Shown here piece by piece: positions 9,517-17,842 of a DNA stretch of 17,980 nt. Made by a program: the position numbers and the translations under genes. The stretch's first letter is position 1, and each line of letters starts with the position of its first letter. The notes under the pieces were generated by a model. The model did no database searches and was not told where the DNA came from. It saw nothing but the letters and a program-made list of their open reading frames with translations. This DNA comes from Cyanobacteriota bacterium (GTDB lineage: Bacteria > Cyanobacteriota > Cyanobacteriia > Thermostichales > Thermostichaceae): positions 1 to 17,980 of the forward strand of contig JANRIL010000016.1 of the NCBI GenBank assembly GCA_033764955.1. Reading direction: 5' to 3'.

Positions 9517-10140
9517 ATGTTCATGCGAGAGATGAAAACGGCTATTCTTGCCACTTTGTGCTTTTTCGTATTAACTGCTGTCATTTATCCGGCTTTATTG
9601 TTGGGGATAGGGTTGCTTGTCCCTGAACAGGCCAATGGCAGTTTAGTGGATGTCCAAGGAAATTTGACAACCGATCCTAGCCAAGCGGTGGGATCCCGTT
9701 TAGTCGGGCAACCCTTTACGCAGGAGCAGTATTTTTGGGGACGTCCCAGCGTTGTGAACTATAGTGCGGGGGATCTGAATTCGGATCCCAATAACCTTTT
9801 GAAAACGGGGATTTCGGGGGGGAGCAATTTAGCCCCCTCTAACCCCAGCTTGCTGGAACAGGTAGAGGAACACATCCAAACTCTGCAAGCGGCGGGTTTG
9901 CAAACCATTCCTGCCGATCTGGTTTATAGCTCCGGTTCCGGCTTGGATCCCCATGTTTCTCCCGCCGGGATCCAGGCGCAACTAGTGCGGGTAGCGGAGG
10001 CCAGAGCTATCACTCCCGATCAGATTCGCCCCTTGATTGAGCAAGCAACCGAGCATCGCTTCCTGGGCTTATTTGGGGATCCAGGGGTGAATGTGCTGCG
10101 GCTCAATATTGCCCTGGATCAACAGTTTCCTCGCAGTTAG
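9517..10140 (+). CDS. kdpC: K+-transporting ATPase subunit C
   Basis: QANGSL, GSRLVGQPF, YFWGRPS, SGGSNLAPSN, SGSGLDPH, VNVLRLN. Confidence 0.96.
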   Translation: MFMREMKTAILATLCFFVLTAVIYPALLLGIGLLVPEQANGSLVDVQGNLTTDPSQAVGSRLVGQPFTQEQYFWGRPSVVNYSAGDLNSDPNNLLKTGISGGSNLAPSNPSLLEQVEEHIQTLQAAGLQTIPADLVYSSGSGLDPHVSPAGIQAQLVRVAEARAITPDQIRPLIEQATEHRFLGLFGDPGVNVLRLNIALDQQFPRS

Positions 10141-10204
10141 CGTGATAGGACTAAGCTTTCAGAACGGCTATAAAATCTTGGCGAAAGGCCAATGGGGATC
10201 CCTT

Positions 10205-12157
10205 TTAGCGGGGCTGCGGGGGGGTGAACTGGTTGGGGTTGGCAAATGGCTCCGCTGGCACTCCTTGGAGGGCTTCGGTCATAAATCGCTTCCAGGTGGG
10301 GGCGACAAATCCTCCTCCGGCAGTACCAAACACCATCGGGCTGTTGTCATCATTGCCAATCCAGATGGCCGTCGATAGTTGGGGAACATAGCCAATAAAC
10401 CAGGCATCGCGGAAGTCTGATGTTGTACCCGTTTTGCCGGCCACAGGTCGCCCATCATCCAAGCGAGCGGCCGTACCCGTGCCGGCGGTGATCACCCCCT
10501 CCAAGACTTGGTTAAGGGTAGCGGTCGCCCAGGGATCCAAAATGGGCTTGGGTTGAGGTTTGGCTTGATAGAGCACTTGACCGTTGCGATCCACGACTTG
10601 TAATAACAAAATCGGCTCAATTTGATAGCCCCCATTAGCCAAAGTGGCATAGCCGACGGCCATCTCTAACGGGGTAACGCTGCCGGATCCCAAGGCTGTC
10701 GAGAGGTTGGGATAAAGTTGGCTAGTGATGCCCATCTTTTGAGCATCCGCAATCACATTTTTGATGCCCACATCATCGGCTAGCCGCACCGTAGGCACAT
10801 TGCGGGAGAGTTGCAGGGCACGGTTGAGGGGAAGGGGACCGTAGAAGGTGTCGTCATAGTTTTGGGGGCTATAGCTGACAGGGTAGCCCGGATAAGTGAT
10901 GGGATTATCCAGGAGGGTGGTGTAAGCGTTGTAGCGCCCGGAGGCTAGGGCAGTGTAATAGACAAAGGGCTTAAAGGTGGATCCGGTTTGCCGATACGCC
11001 TGGGTGGCGCGGTTAAATTGTCCCCGTTTGGCGTTGACGCCCCCCACTAAGGCTTTGACAAAGCCTGTGCGGGGATCCACAGCCGCTAACGCCATCTGAT
11101 TGGCTCGCCGACTGGCCGCAATTTGGGCGGATCCCTCGTTCACGGCTTTTTCGGCAAGGCGCTGAGTCCGCATGTCAATGGTGGTTTGAATGCGTAACCC
11201 CCCCTGCACGAGGGCACTTTCTCCGTAACGGGCTTTGATTTCGGCCTCAATCGCATCGGTAATAGCCGGAGCGTTGCTTTGAAAAGAGGTAATCCGACCG
11301 AGGCGTAAAGGTTGGGCAGCGGCAGCTTTAGCCTCATCGGGGGTGATCCAGCCCAGTTCGGTCATGCGGTCGAGAACAATTTTTTGGCGGCGCTTGGCCG
11401 CTTGATAATCCCGAAACGGACTAAAGCTTTCGGGGGCAGGTAGGATGCCCGCTAGCATGGCGGACTCACCCAAGGTCAACTCGGCGGCTGATTTGGCAAA
11501 GTAACTTTCGGCGGCGGTTTGGATGCCGTAGAGATTGTGTCCCCAATACACCTGGTTGAGGTACATCTCTAGGATTTCATCCTTACTAAAAACCTGCTCC
11601 ATCCGAACGGCCAAAACCGCTTCAGCAACTTTTCGGCTGACGGTACGATCCGGCTGGAGAAACAAGTTTTTGACCAACTGCATCGTCAGGGTAGATCCTC
11701 CCCCTGCTGAACCCAGACCGCCTTCCACACTGCCCACAATGGCTCGACCCAAGCGGATCGGGTTGATGCCCTGGTGAGTATAAAAATGACTGTCTTCGAT
11801 AGCCAGCAAAGCTCGCTTCATGTCGGGGGAGATTTCTTGGAGGGAGATCACCTCGCGGTTGGCTTCTCCATGTAGACTGGCGATGGCTTCCCCCCGCACA
11901 TCTAAAATATGGGTGGTGGCGACGGGAACGTAGTTGCGGAGTTGATAAACGTCGGGCAAGTGGCGAAAACTCACCGCCAGTCCCACCAATCCGGCAGCGG
12001 TAGCTGTGGAGCCGAGCAGTAGGGATCCCAGCAAAAAATTGCCCACAAAGGAAAAGGGGGAGCGTTGGGGAGCCGGAGGGCGTGCCCAACCATCCGGTCT
12101 GGCCGGACGGTCACTTTTCGAGGTAGGCGGAGAGGAGTATTTTCGAGTTGATGTCAC
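10205..12157 (-). CDS. Class A penicillin-binding protein (PBP1A family, transglycosylase/transpeptidase)
   Basis: Glycosyltransferase motifs EDSHFYTHQG, GSTLTMQLVKN and RKVAE. Transpeptidase motifs STFK, SRN and KTGT. N-terminal TM anchor. Confidence 0.95.
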   Translation of the reverse strand: MTSTRKYSSPPTSKSDRPARPDGWARPPAPQRSPFSFVGNFLLGSLLLGSTATAAGLVGLAVSFRHLPDVYQLRNYVPVATTHILDVRGEAIASLHGEANREVISLQEISPDMKRALLAIEDSHFYTHQGINPIRLGRAIVGSVEGGLGSAGGGSTLTMQLVKNLFLQPDRTVSRKVAEAVLAVRMEQVFSKDEILEMYLNQVYWGHNLYGIQTAAESYFAKSAAELTLGESAMLAGILPAPESFSPFRDYQAAKRRQKIVLDRMTELGWITPDEAKAAAAQPLRLGRITSFQSNAPAITDAIEAEIKARYGESALVQGGLRIQTTIDMRTQRLAEKAVNEGSAQIAASRRANQMALAAVDPRTGFVKALVGGVNAKRGQFNRATQAYRQTGSTFKPFVYYTALASGRYNAYTTLLDNPITYPGYPVSYSPQNYDDTFYGPLPLNRALQLSRNVPTVRLADDVGIKNVIADAQKMGITSQLYPNLSTALGSGSVTPLEMAVGYATLANGGYQIEPILLLQVVDRNGQVLYQAKPQPKPILDPWATATLNQVLEGVITAGTGTAARLDDGRPVAGKTGTTSDFRDAWFIGYVPQLSTAIWIGNDDNSPMVFGTAGGGFVAPTWKRFMTEALQGVPAEPFANPNQFTPPQPR

Positions 12158-12258
12158 ACCACAAACCCCAACACGCTTGGCCTATTATAGGCGATAGACT
12201 CTAGCGACGGGGAAGGCTGGGATGGAGAAGGGGCAGAATAAAAAGAGGGTAAGGACTT

Positions 12259-13479
12259 GTGAGTAAAGGGACAAATCTGGCTGGGGATCCCATGCCGTTG
12301 TTAACCGAACGAGGAGTTGCGGAGGTTTTTCCGGGAGGCAGCTCCGCTCTGGCTACCCGTTTACGAACCTCTGACCGCCCCCTCCGCATCAAACTGGGAA
12401 TTGATCCCACCCGCCCCGATCTGCACCTAGGCCATTCGGTGGCCCTCCGTAAGATGCGGCAGTTTCAGGAGGCTGGACATATCGCTATTTTGCTGATCGG
12501 AGACTTCACCGCCACGATTGGGGATCCCTCCGGTCAATCAGAAGCCCGCCCCCGCCTGACGCGACAAGAGGTGGAAGAGAATGCCAAAACCTATTTAGAT
12601 CAAGCCAAAAAAATTCTTGATTTCACTACTCCAGGACGATTAGAAGTTCGCCGCAATAGTGAATGGTTAGCTCAACTCACCCTCACTCAGTTGATCGAGA
12701 TCCAAGCCCAAATGACCCTCAGCCAAATGTTAGCCAAAGAAGATTTTTCTAACCGCTATCAATCGGGGATCCCAGTCTATTTACATGAATTTCTCTATCC
12801 TCTGCTGCAAGGCTATGACTCGGTGGCGCTGCAGGCAGATGTGGAATTGGGGGGCACCGATCAGCGGTTTAACCTATTGGCAGGCCGTGATCTGCAAATT
12901 TGGCAGGGACAGGAACCACAGTTTTGTCTGACCGTTCCTTTGTTGGAGGGATTGGATGGATATCAAAAAATGTCCAAATCCAAAAACAATTATGTGGGTT
13001 TAACCGAAGATGCCCTCACGATGTATTCTAAACTGGAAAAAGTTCCTGACCATATTATCGATCATTATTTTGATCTGTTGACGGATTTGGCTCCTGATCA
13101 GTTACCTAGCCATCCCCGCGAAAAACAAATTCTTTTGGCGCTCACCCTAGTTAGCCACTATCATTCTCCGGTAGCGGCTGAACAGGCTAAACAAACTGCC
13201 CAAACCCTAGTTCTGCAAGGGGAGGTTTCTACTGCCGGATCCGTGCCTGAGTTTGATATGAAAGATCTGAGTTTTCCAGTTAAGTTGACCTACATTTTGC
13301 GAGAGAGCAAACTCTGTAAAAGTGCTGCCGATGCCCGTCGCCAGATTGAGGGAGGAGCAGTGCGCTTGCAGGGACAAAAGGTTGAGAATGCCGACTTAGA
13401 ATTTGCCAGTGCTGACCTGCTTATGGATCAGGTGCTTCAGGTGGGCAAAAAAAGCTTTATTCGGCTAACTCGTTCATAA
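12259..13479 (+). CDS. tyrS: Tyrosine--tRNA ligase
   Basis: GIDPT..LHLGH, IGDPSG, LLQGYD, GGTDQ, KMSKS and a C-terminal S4-like domain. Start is the GTG at 12259 or the ATG at 12292. Confidence 0.97.
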   Translation: MSKGTNLAGDPMPLLTERGVAEVFPGGSSALATRLRTSDRPLRIKLGIDPTRPDLHLGHSVALRKMRQFQEAGHIAILLIGDFTATIGDPSGQSEARPRLTRQEVEENAKTYLDQAKKILDFTTPGRLEVRRNSEWLAQLTLTQLIEIQAQMTLSQMLAKEDFSNRYQSGIPVYLHEFLYPLLQGYDSVALQADVELGGTDQRFNLLAGRDLQIWQGQEPQFCLTVPLLEGLDGYQKMSKSKNNYVGLTEDALTMYSKLEKVPDHIIDHYFDLLTDLAPDQLPSHPREKQILLALTLVSHYHSPVAAEQAKQTAQTLVLQGEVSTAGSVPEFDMKDLSFPVKLTYILRESKLCKSAADARRQIEGGAVRLQGQKVENADLEFASADLLMDQVLQVGKKSFIRLTRS

Positions 13480-13517
13480 CTAAAATATTCTTACCTACCT
13501 TTTTCCCTAAATTTCTC

Positions 13518-15149
13518 ATGACCCCATCTTCGGCACTCCCTGAATTGATTCAGCAGATGTTACAGCCAGGGTTTTATCCTCATTCTGTAACCTTGCCTAT
13601 TGAACTTATTCAAACCCATATTTCCTATATTTTTTTAACAGGGGACTTTGCCTATAAAGTAAAAAAACCCCTAGATTTTGGTTTCCTTGATTTCACTACC
13701 CTGGAAAAACGCCATCATTTTTGCTTGGAAGAATTGCGGATGAATCAACGGGGAGCACCGGATCTCTATTTGGAGGTTTTACCGATTAGCCAGGCGGATG
13801 GGGATCCCTATCAACTGGCGGGTCATGGTGAAGCGGTGGAATATGTCTTAAAAATGCGGCAATTTCCCCAGGAGGCTTTGTTTAGCCGGCTGTTTGAACA
13901 GGGGGAATTAACGATAGGTCATATGGAAGCTCTGGGGCGAGTGGTGGCCGAATTTCATGCCCAGACCCTGACCAACCCGCGCATCCGTGAGTTTGGACGG
14001 GTGGAACAGGTGCGGGAGGCTTTTGATCAAAACTATGAACAAACCGAGGCTTATATTGGCGGGCCACAAACCCTCCAACAATTTGAAGAAACCCGCGCCT
14101 ATACGGATCATTTTTTTGCAAACAATGTCTCCCTCTTTGAGCAACGGATGGCTCAGGATCGGATTCGGGAATGTCATGGTGACTTGCATCTTCGCAATAT
14201 TTGCTTATGGGAAAATAAGATTTTGTTGTTTGATTGCATTGAGTTTAATGAATCCTTTCGCTTCGTGGATGTCATGTATGACATTGCCTATGGGGTGATG
14301 GATCTGGATGCTCTAGGCCGACCGGATTTGGGCAATGCCTATCTCAATACCTATCTAGAAATGACGGGGGATTGGGAAGGGTTGCAGGTGTTGCCGATTT
14401 ACCTGAATCGCCAATCCTACGTGCGGGCTAAGGTGATCTCGTTTTTGCTAGGGGATCCCTCTGCTCCAGAATCCGTGAAGGCGGAAGCCAGCAAAACGGC
14501 GGCTAGCTATTACCATCTCGCCTGGAGCTATACTCAGCCCCAGCAGGGGGGAATTTGGGTGATGGCGGGACTATCGGGATCCGGGAAAAGTACGGTGGCT
14601 CGGCACCTAGCACGTCAGCAGCAGGCCATTCATATTCGTTCTGATGCCGTTCGCAAACATCTGGCCGGCATCCCCCTGTATGGGTCAGGGGGGGCAGAGG
14701 TCTATAGCCCGCAGATGACCCAGCAAACCTACCAACGCCTGGAGGATCTGGGCTGCCTATTGGCTTGTCAGGGCTATCGGGTGATTTTGGATGCGAAGTA
14801 TGACCAGCAGGGGGTGCGGGAGTCGCTTCTCAACCGTGCTGACCAGCAAGGGATCCCGATCGCCATGATCCATTGTTTTGCTCCCCCTGCCGTATTGCAG
14901 GAACGCCTCCGTAAGCGGGCGGATGCCCGTTCTCCGGTAGATAGCCCCACTCCCCAGTGGGAAATCGGCACCACCGCGTTTTCCCCGGATATTGCTGATG
15001 CTACGGTCGATCTGATTGATCAGCAGCTTGCCCAGTGGCAACCCTTCTCCACTCAAGAGCTGGAGCGGATGATCGCTCTCGATACGGATGGGGATTGGCA
15101 GGCTCAGATCAGCCAGACGAATTGGCGGGGGAAAAAGCCGACTGAATAG
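13518..15149 (+). CDS. Bifunctional APH-like kinase / AAA_33 P-loop protein (Rv2004c-like)
   Basis: QTHIS, AYKVKK, RECHGDLH, FDCIEFN; C-terminal P-loop GLSGSGKST and HIRSDAVRK. Confidence 0.88.
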   Translation: MTPSSALPELIQQMLQPGFYPHSVTLPIELIQTHISYIFLTGDFAYKVKKPLDFGFLDFTTLEKRHHFCLEELRMNQRGAPDLYLEVLPISQADGDPYQLAGHGEAVEYVLKMRQFPQEALFSRLFEQGELTIGHMEALGRVVAEFHAQTLTNPRIREFGRVEQVREAFDQNYEQTEAYIGGPQTLQQFEETRAYTDHFFANNVSLFEQRMAQDRIRECHGDLHLRNICLWENKILLFDCIEFNESFRFVDVMYDIAYGVMDLDALGRPDLGNAYLNTYLEMTGDWEGLQVLPIYLNRQSYVRAKVISFLLGDPSAPESVKAEASKTAASYYHLAWSYTQPQQGGIWVMAGLSGSGKSTVARHLARQQQAIHIRSDAVRKHLAGIPLYGSGGAEVYSPQMTQQTYQRLEDLGCLLACQGYRVILDAKYDQQGVRESLLNRADQQGIPIAMIHCFAPPAVLQERLRKRADARSPVDSPTPQWEIGTTAFSPDIADATVDLIDQQLAQWQPFSTQELERMIALDTDGDWQAQISQTNWRGKKPTE

Positions 15150-15258
15150 ATTCTGTCTGCATGAATTGGTTCGGTACTCTATGGATCCGTCAGATAGGAT
15201 TCCGTCAGATGGGGGTCAGAATACGCTAGGCTGCAAACATTGCCAATTCATATCAGTT

Positions 15259-15762
15259 ATGAAATCCTACACTAGCCCCCCTCCGTTGACGATTGATCCG
15301 CAAAAGTCCTACATCGCCACTATTGATACATCGCTGGGTAGCATGACGCTGGAACTCTTTGCCAGCGAAGCCCCCAACACCGTGAATAATTTTGTTTTTT
15401 TGGCACGGGAGCAGTTTTATGATGGGGTGATTTTTCATCGGGTCATCAAAAATTTCATGATTCAGGGGGGGGATCCCAAGGGCACGGGATCCGGTGGCCC
15501 TGGTTATCGCTTTGCCGACGAACCGGTTACGCGCCCTTATACCCGTGGCACCCTGGCGATGGCGAATGCTGGCCCCAACACCAATGGCAGTCAGTTTTTC
15601 ATCATGCATGTGGATTATCCGCTTCCCCCCAGCTATACCATCTTTGGCAAACTGATGGCAGGGGAAGAGGTTTTGGATCAGATCGCCACCACCAAAACCG
15701 GATCCCAAGATCGTCCGGTTCAGCCGATTACGATTACCACCATCACCATCAGCGAAAGTTAA
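15259..15762 (+). CDS. Cyclophilin-type peptidyl-prolyl cis-trans isomerase
   Basis: FHRVIKNFMIQGGDP, MANAGPNTNGSQFFI, YTIFG. The ATG at 15259 avoids overlap with the upstream gene. Confidence 0.95.
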   Translation: MKSYTSPPPLTIDPQKSYIATIDTSLGSMTLELFASEAPNTVNNFVFLAREQFYDGVIFHRVIKNFMIQGGDPKGTGSGGPGYRFADEPVTRPYTRGTLAMANAGPNTNGSQFFIMHVDYPLPPSYTIFGKLMAGEEVLDQIATTKTGSQDRPVQPITITTITISES

Positions 15763-15880
15763 CCTCTTCACAGGCTCTCTTAGAAAAAGTAAAGGGATCC
15801 CCATCATTAGGGATCCCGGAATAACTTACTGCTCAATAGCACGGATATCAACCTAAAATTTCAACAATCTGGCCAAGATT

Positions 15881-16495
15881 TTAAGGTCTGACCCGATAGA
15901 AAGCCGTACTGGTCACCCATTGGGTTTCGGGAATTTCTTCTACTACAATTGCTCTGGAAATAGCGCTAGAAAGCCCTGATTTGCCCACACGCATCACCGC
16001 AAAACTATTGCCGGATTGGAAGGAGGCTATATCTCGCAAATTGAGGGGCTGTTGGGTAGCCACCGCCAACACTTGAGCTTGTCCATAGGGAGCGGAAATC
16101 GTCAGTTGATAACTGGCTCCAGCCGGAGGAAAGGTGCGTACTTCGTTGGCCCGCAAAAACTCTCGTCCCCCCGAAAAGCGGTTGGGCAAAATCAAATTGA
16201 CGGTTCCGTTGGCTTCGACACTAAATAGGTAGACATAGGCATCTCGGTTGGTGCTGAGGGAAATTTGAATCGGCTCGCCCACGCGATAGCTGGGGTTGGA
16301 TCCCCCTTTGTTGAGACGGAGATTGACGGCAAAATCGGTGGGGGCAGGGTTGACGATGATGGAGCGAGTGCCGGCATCCAGTTGTTGACTAATCGCCGAC
16401 TTGGGTAACCAATGAGTCCAACGTTCTTGAGCAAAAGCTACAGATGGAATGCTCAATAGCAGAGAAAGAGACAGGAAAAGAGGGGCGGTTTTCAT
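15881..16495 (-). CDS. Secreted DUF4384 domain protein
   Basis: Signal peptide ending AFA-Q. DUF4384-like core YRVGEPIQI...DAYVYLF...GTVNLILPN. Confidence 0.8.
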   Translation of the reverse strand: MKTAPLFLSLSLLLSIPSVAFAQERWTHWLPKSAISQQLDAGTRSIIVNPAPTDFAVNLRLNKGGSNPSYRVGEPIQISLSTNRDAYVYLFSVEANGTVNLILPNRFSGGREFLRANEVRTFPPAGASYQLTISAPYGQAQVLAVATQQPLNLRDIASFQSGNSFAVMRVGKSGLSSAISRAIVVEEIPETQWVTSTAFYRVRP

Positions 16496-16653
16496 AAGCG
16501 ACCAACAACATCTCGATACCTATTATTCTAAAGATTGTAAGTTAGTTATAGCCCTCCGGTTGCCCGCAATTTGGGATCCCCATACTTGTAGTGTTCTTGT
16601 CGGTTATCAGTAAGCAACTGGAGGTAATCAAGGCAACTCACAAACCCTAAAGA

Positions 16654-17412
16654 TTAAGATTGACGATGAACCAACGTCGGACTTGCTTGATCGGTAGGCA
16701 TCAAAATAATCTCGTTGATATTGACATGGGGAGGGCGACTCAAACAAAAGAGTATAACCTCTGCAATGTCGGTAGCAGTAAGGGCTTTTATCCCTTGATA
16801 AACCTTGGCTGCTCGTTCTGAGTCTCCCCGAAAACGAACCTCACTAAACTCAGTTTCCACCAATCCTGGATCTACCGACGTGACTCGGATGGGAGTGCCC
16901 AACAGATCCATCTTTAATCCTTCAGAAATTGCTTTGACTGCCGCTTTAGTAGCGCAATAAACATTGCCATTGGGATAGGTATAGTGACCTGCAATAGAGC
17001 CAATATTGATAATATGACCCCGCCCACGTTGCACCATTCCTGGTAATATCTGACGGGAAACATAGAGTAAACCTTTGATATTAGTATCAATCATTTCTTC
17101 CCAATCGGAAAGCTCCCCCTCATACAATTTGTGTAAACCCCGACTTAAGCCCGCATTGTTAATCAAGACATCAACAGGTTGCCACTCGGTAGGAAGCGAA
17201 GCCAGCGATTGCTTAACCTGCTGGGGATCCCGCACATCCATAATCAAGTGGAATTGGGGAGTGGCAGCTAAGGTTTGGGCAACTTTTTCGAGGCGCTCCT
17301 GGCGACGAGCAGCCAAAATCACTGCATACCCAGCTTGGGATAATTGCTGAGCACAGGCAGCTCCTATACCGCTGCTAGCTCCGGTAACAAGGGCGATGGG
17401 GTAGGGATCCAT
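16654..17412 (-). CDS. Short-chain dehydrogenase/reductase, YdfG-like NADP-dependent
   Basis: TGASSGIG, ARR, NNAG, YCATK, PGLVETEFS. The ATG at 17412 is preferred over the TTG at 17436. Confidence 0.93.
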   Translation of the reverse strand: MDPYPIALVTGASSGIGAACAQQLSQAGYAVILAARRQERLEKVAQTLAATPQFHLIMDVRDPQQVKQSLASLPTEWQPVDVLINNAGLSRGLHKLYEGELSDWEEMIDTNIKGLLYVSRQILPGMVQRGRGHIINIGSIAGHYTYPNGNVYCATKAAVKAISEGLKMDLLGTPIRVTSVDPGLVETEFSEVRFRGDSERAAKVYQGIKALTATDIAEVILFCLSRPPHVNINEIILMPTDQASPTLVHRQS

Positions 17413-17463
17413 AGGTGAATTGAGATAAACCCACAAGTGTTGAACGGCAATTTAATGGTACAC

Positions 17464-17493
17464 AAAAAGAGCCAGAATATGATATTCTAGCTC
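17464..17493 (-). terminator. Intrinsic terminator on the minus strand
   Basis: Minus strand reads GAGCTAGAATAT-C-ATATTCTGGCTC followed by TTTTT; one U-G pair. Confidence 0.7.
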
Positions 17494-17512
17494 CACAAAA
17501 GTATTAAATACT
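17464..17512 (-). ncRNA. Candidate ~50-nt small RNA or terminated leader
   Basis: Bounded by the promoter at 17520-17548 and the terminator at 17464-17493. Has a 5' mini-hairpin AGUAU-UUA-AUACU. No family recognised. Confidence 0.4.
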
Positions 17513-17519
17513 AATAATT

Positions 17520-17548
17520 AGATTACGCTCTTTGCCTGAGATTGTCAA
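17520..17548 (-). promoter_or_regulatory. Sigma70-type promoter
   Basis: Minus strand TTGACA (17548-17543), 17-nt spacer, TAATCT (17525-17520). Confidence 0.6.
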
Positions 17549-17628
17549 ACCCCTTCTGGCTAAAACACCAAAAGATGGCTACCCAGTCATGAACTCAAGA
17601 CTGCTGTTACAGATTTGATTTGCCTATG

Positions 17629-17675
17629 TAGTTGATAAAGGAATGACCAGTCTCAGGGATCTGTTTTATCAACTA
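17629..17675. repeat. Perfect 11-bp inverted repeat with a 25-bp spacer
   Basis: TAGTTGATAAA (17629-17639) and TTTATCAACTA (17665-17675). Confidence 0.7.
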
Positions 17676-17705
17676 AATTACAGTGGAATGAAAGTGGATT
17701 TAGGC

Positions 17706-17797
17706 ATAGTCATTCCAAATAAGAATGCGATCATCCAAATCCCGATATCCAAGCTTTGAGATATTGTAGGTTTCTCAAAGTAAATTGGAATGACTAT
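17706..17797. mobile_element. MITE-like element B, copy 2
   Basis: Perfect 13-bp terminal inverted repeat ATAGTCATTCCAA / TTGGAATGACTAT. Internal hairpin CTTTGAGA-N11-TCTCAAAG (17754-17780). Confidence 0.8.
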
Positions 17798-17842
17798 ACT
17801 TTTTCTAAGGTCAGTAAGCAACGAGGATGTCAGCTATTCATT

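Larger units (their letters stand above)
397..17231. repeat. Dispersed highly iterated palindrome GGGATCCC (HIP1 variant)
   Basis: About 26 perfect copies by hand count (e.g. 397, 555, 1016, 2151, 3579, 6591, 9399, 12521, 13801, 15794, 15810, 16573, 17224) plus many 7/8 matches. About 0.3 copies are expected by chance in 18 kb. Confidence 0.95.

Noticed and set aside
12158..12258. T-box leader before tyrS
   Set aside because: Only about 100 bp of divergent spacer and no T-box consensus.
15088..15258. 57-aa N-terminal extension of the cyclophilin ORF
   Set aside because: Overlaps the upstream gene and has no cyclophilin-like or signal-peptide character.
5076..17350. Short antisense or alternate-frame ORFs inside kdpA, kdpB, the PBP, kinase, cyclophilin and SDR genes (e.g. 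11622-12089, 15253-15807)
   Set aside because: Shadow ORFs of well-supported genes, with no motifs.
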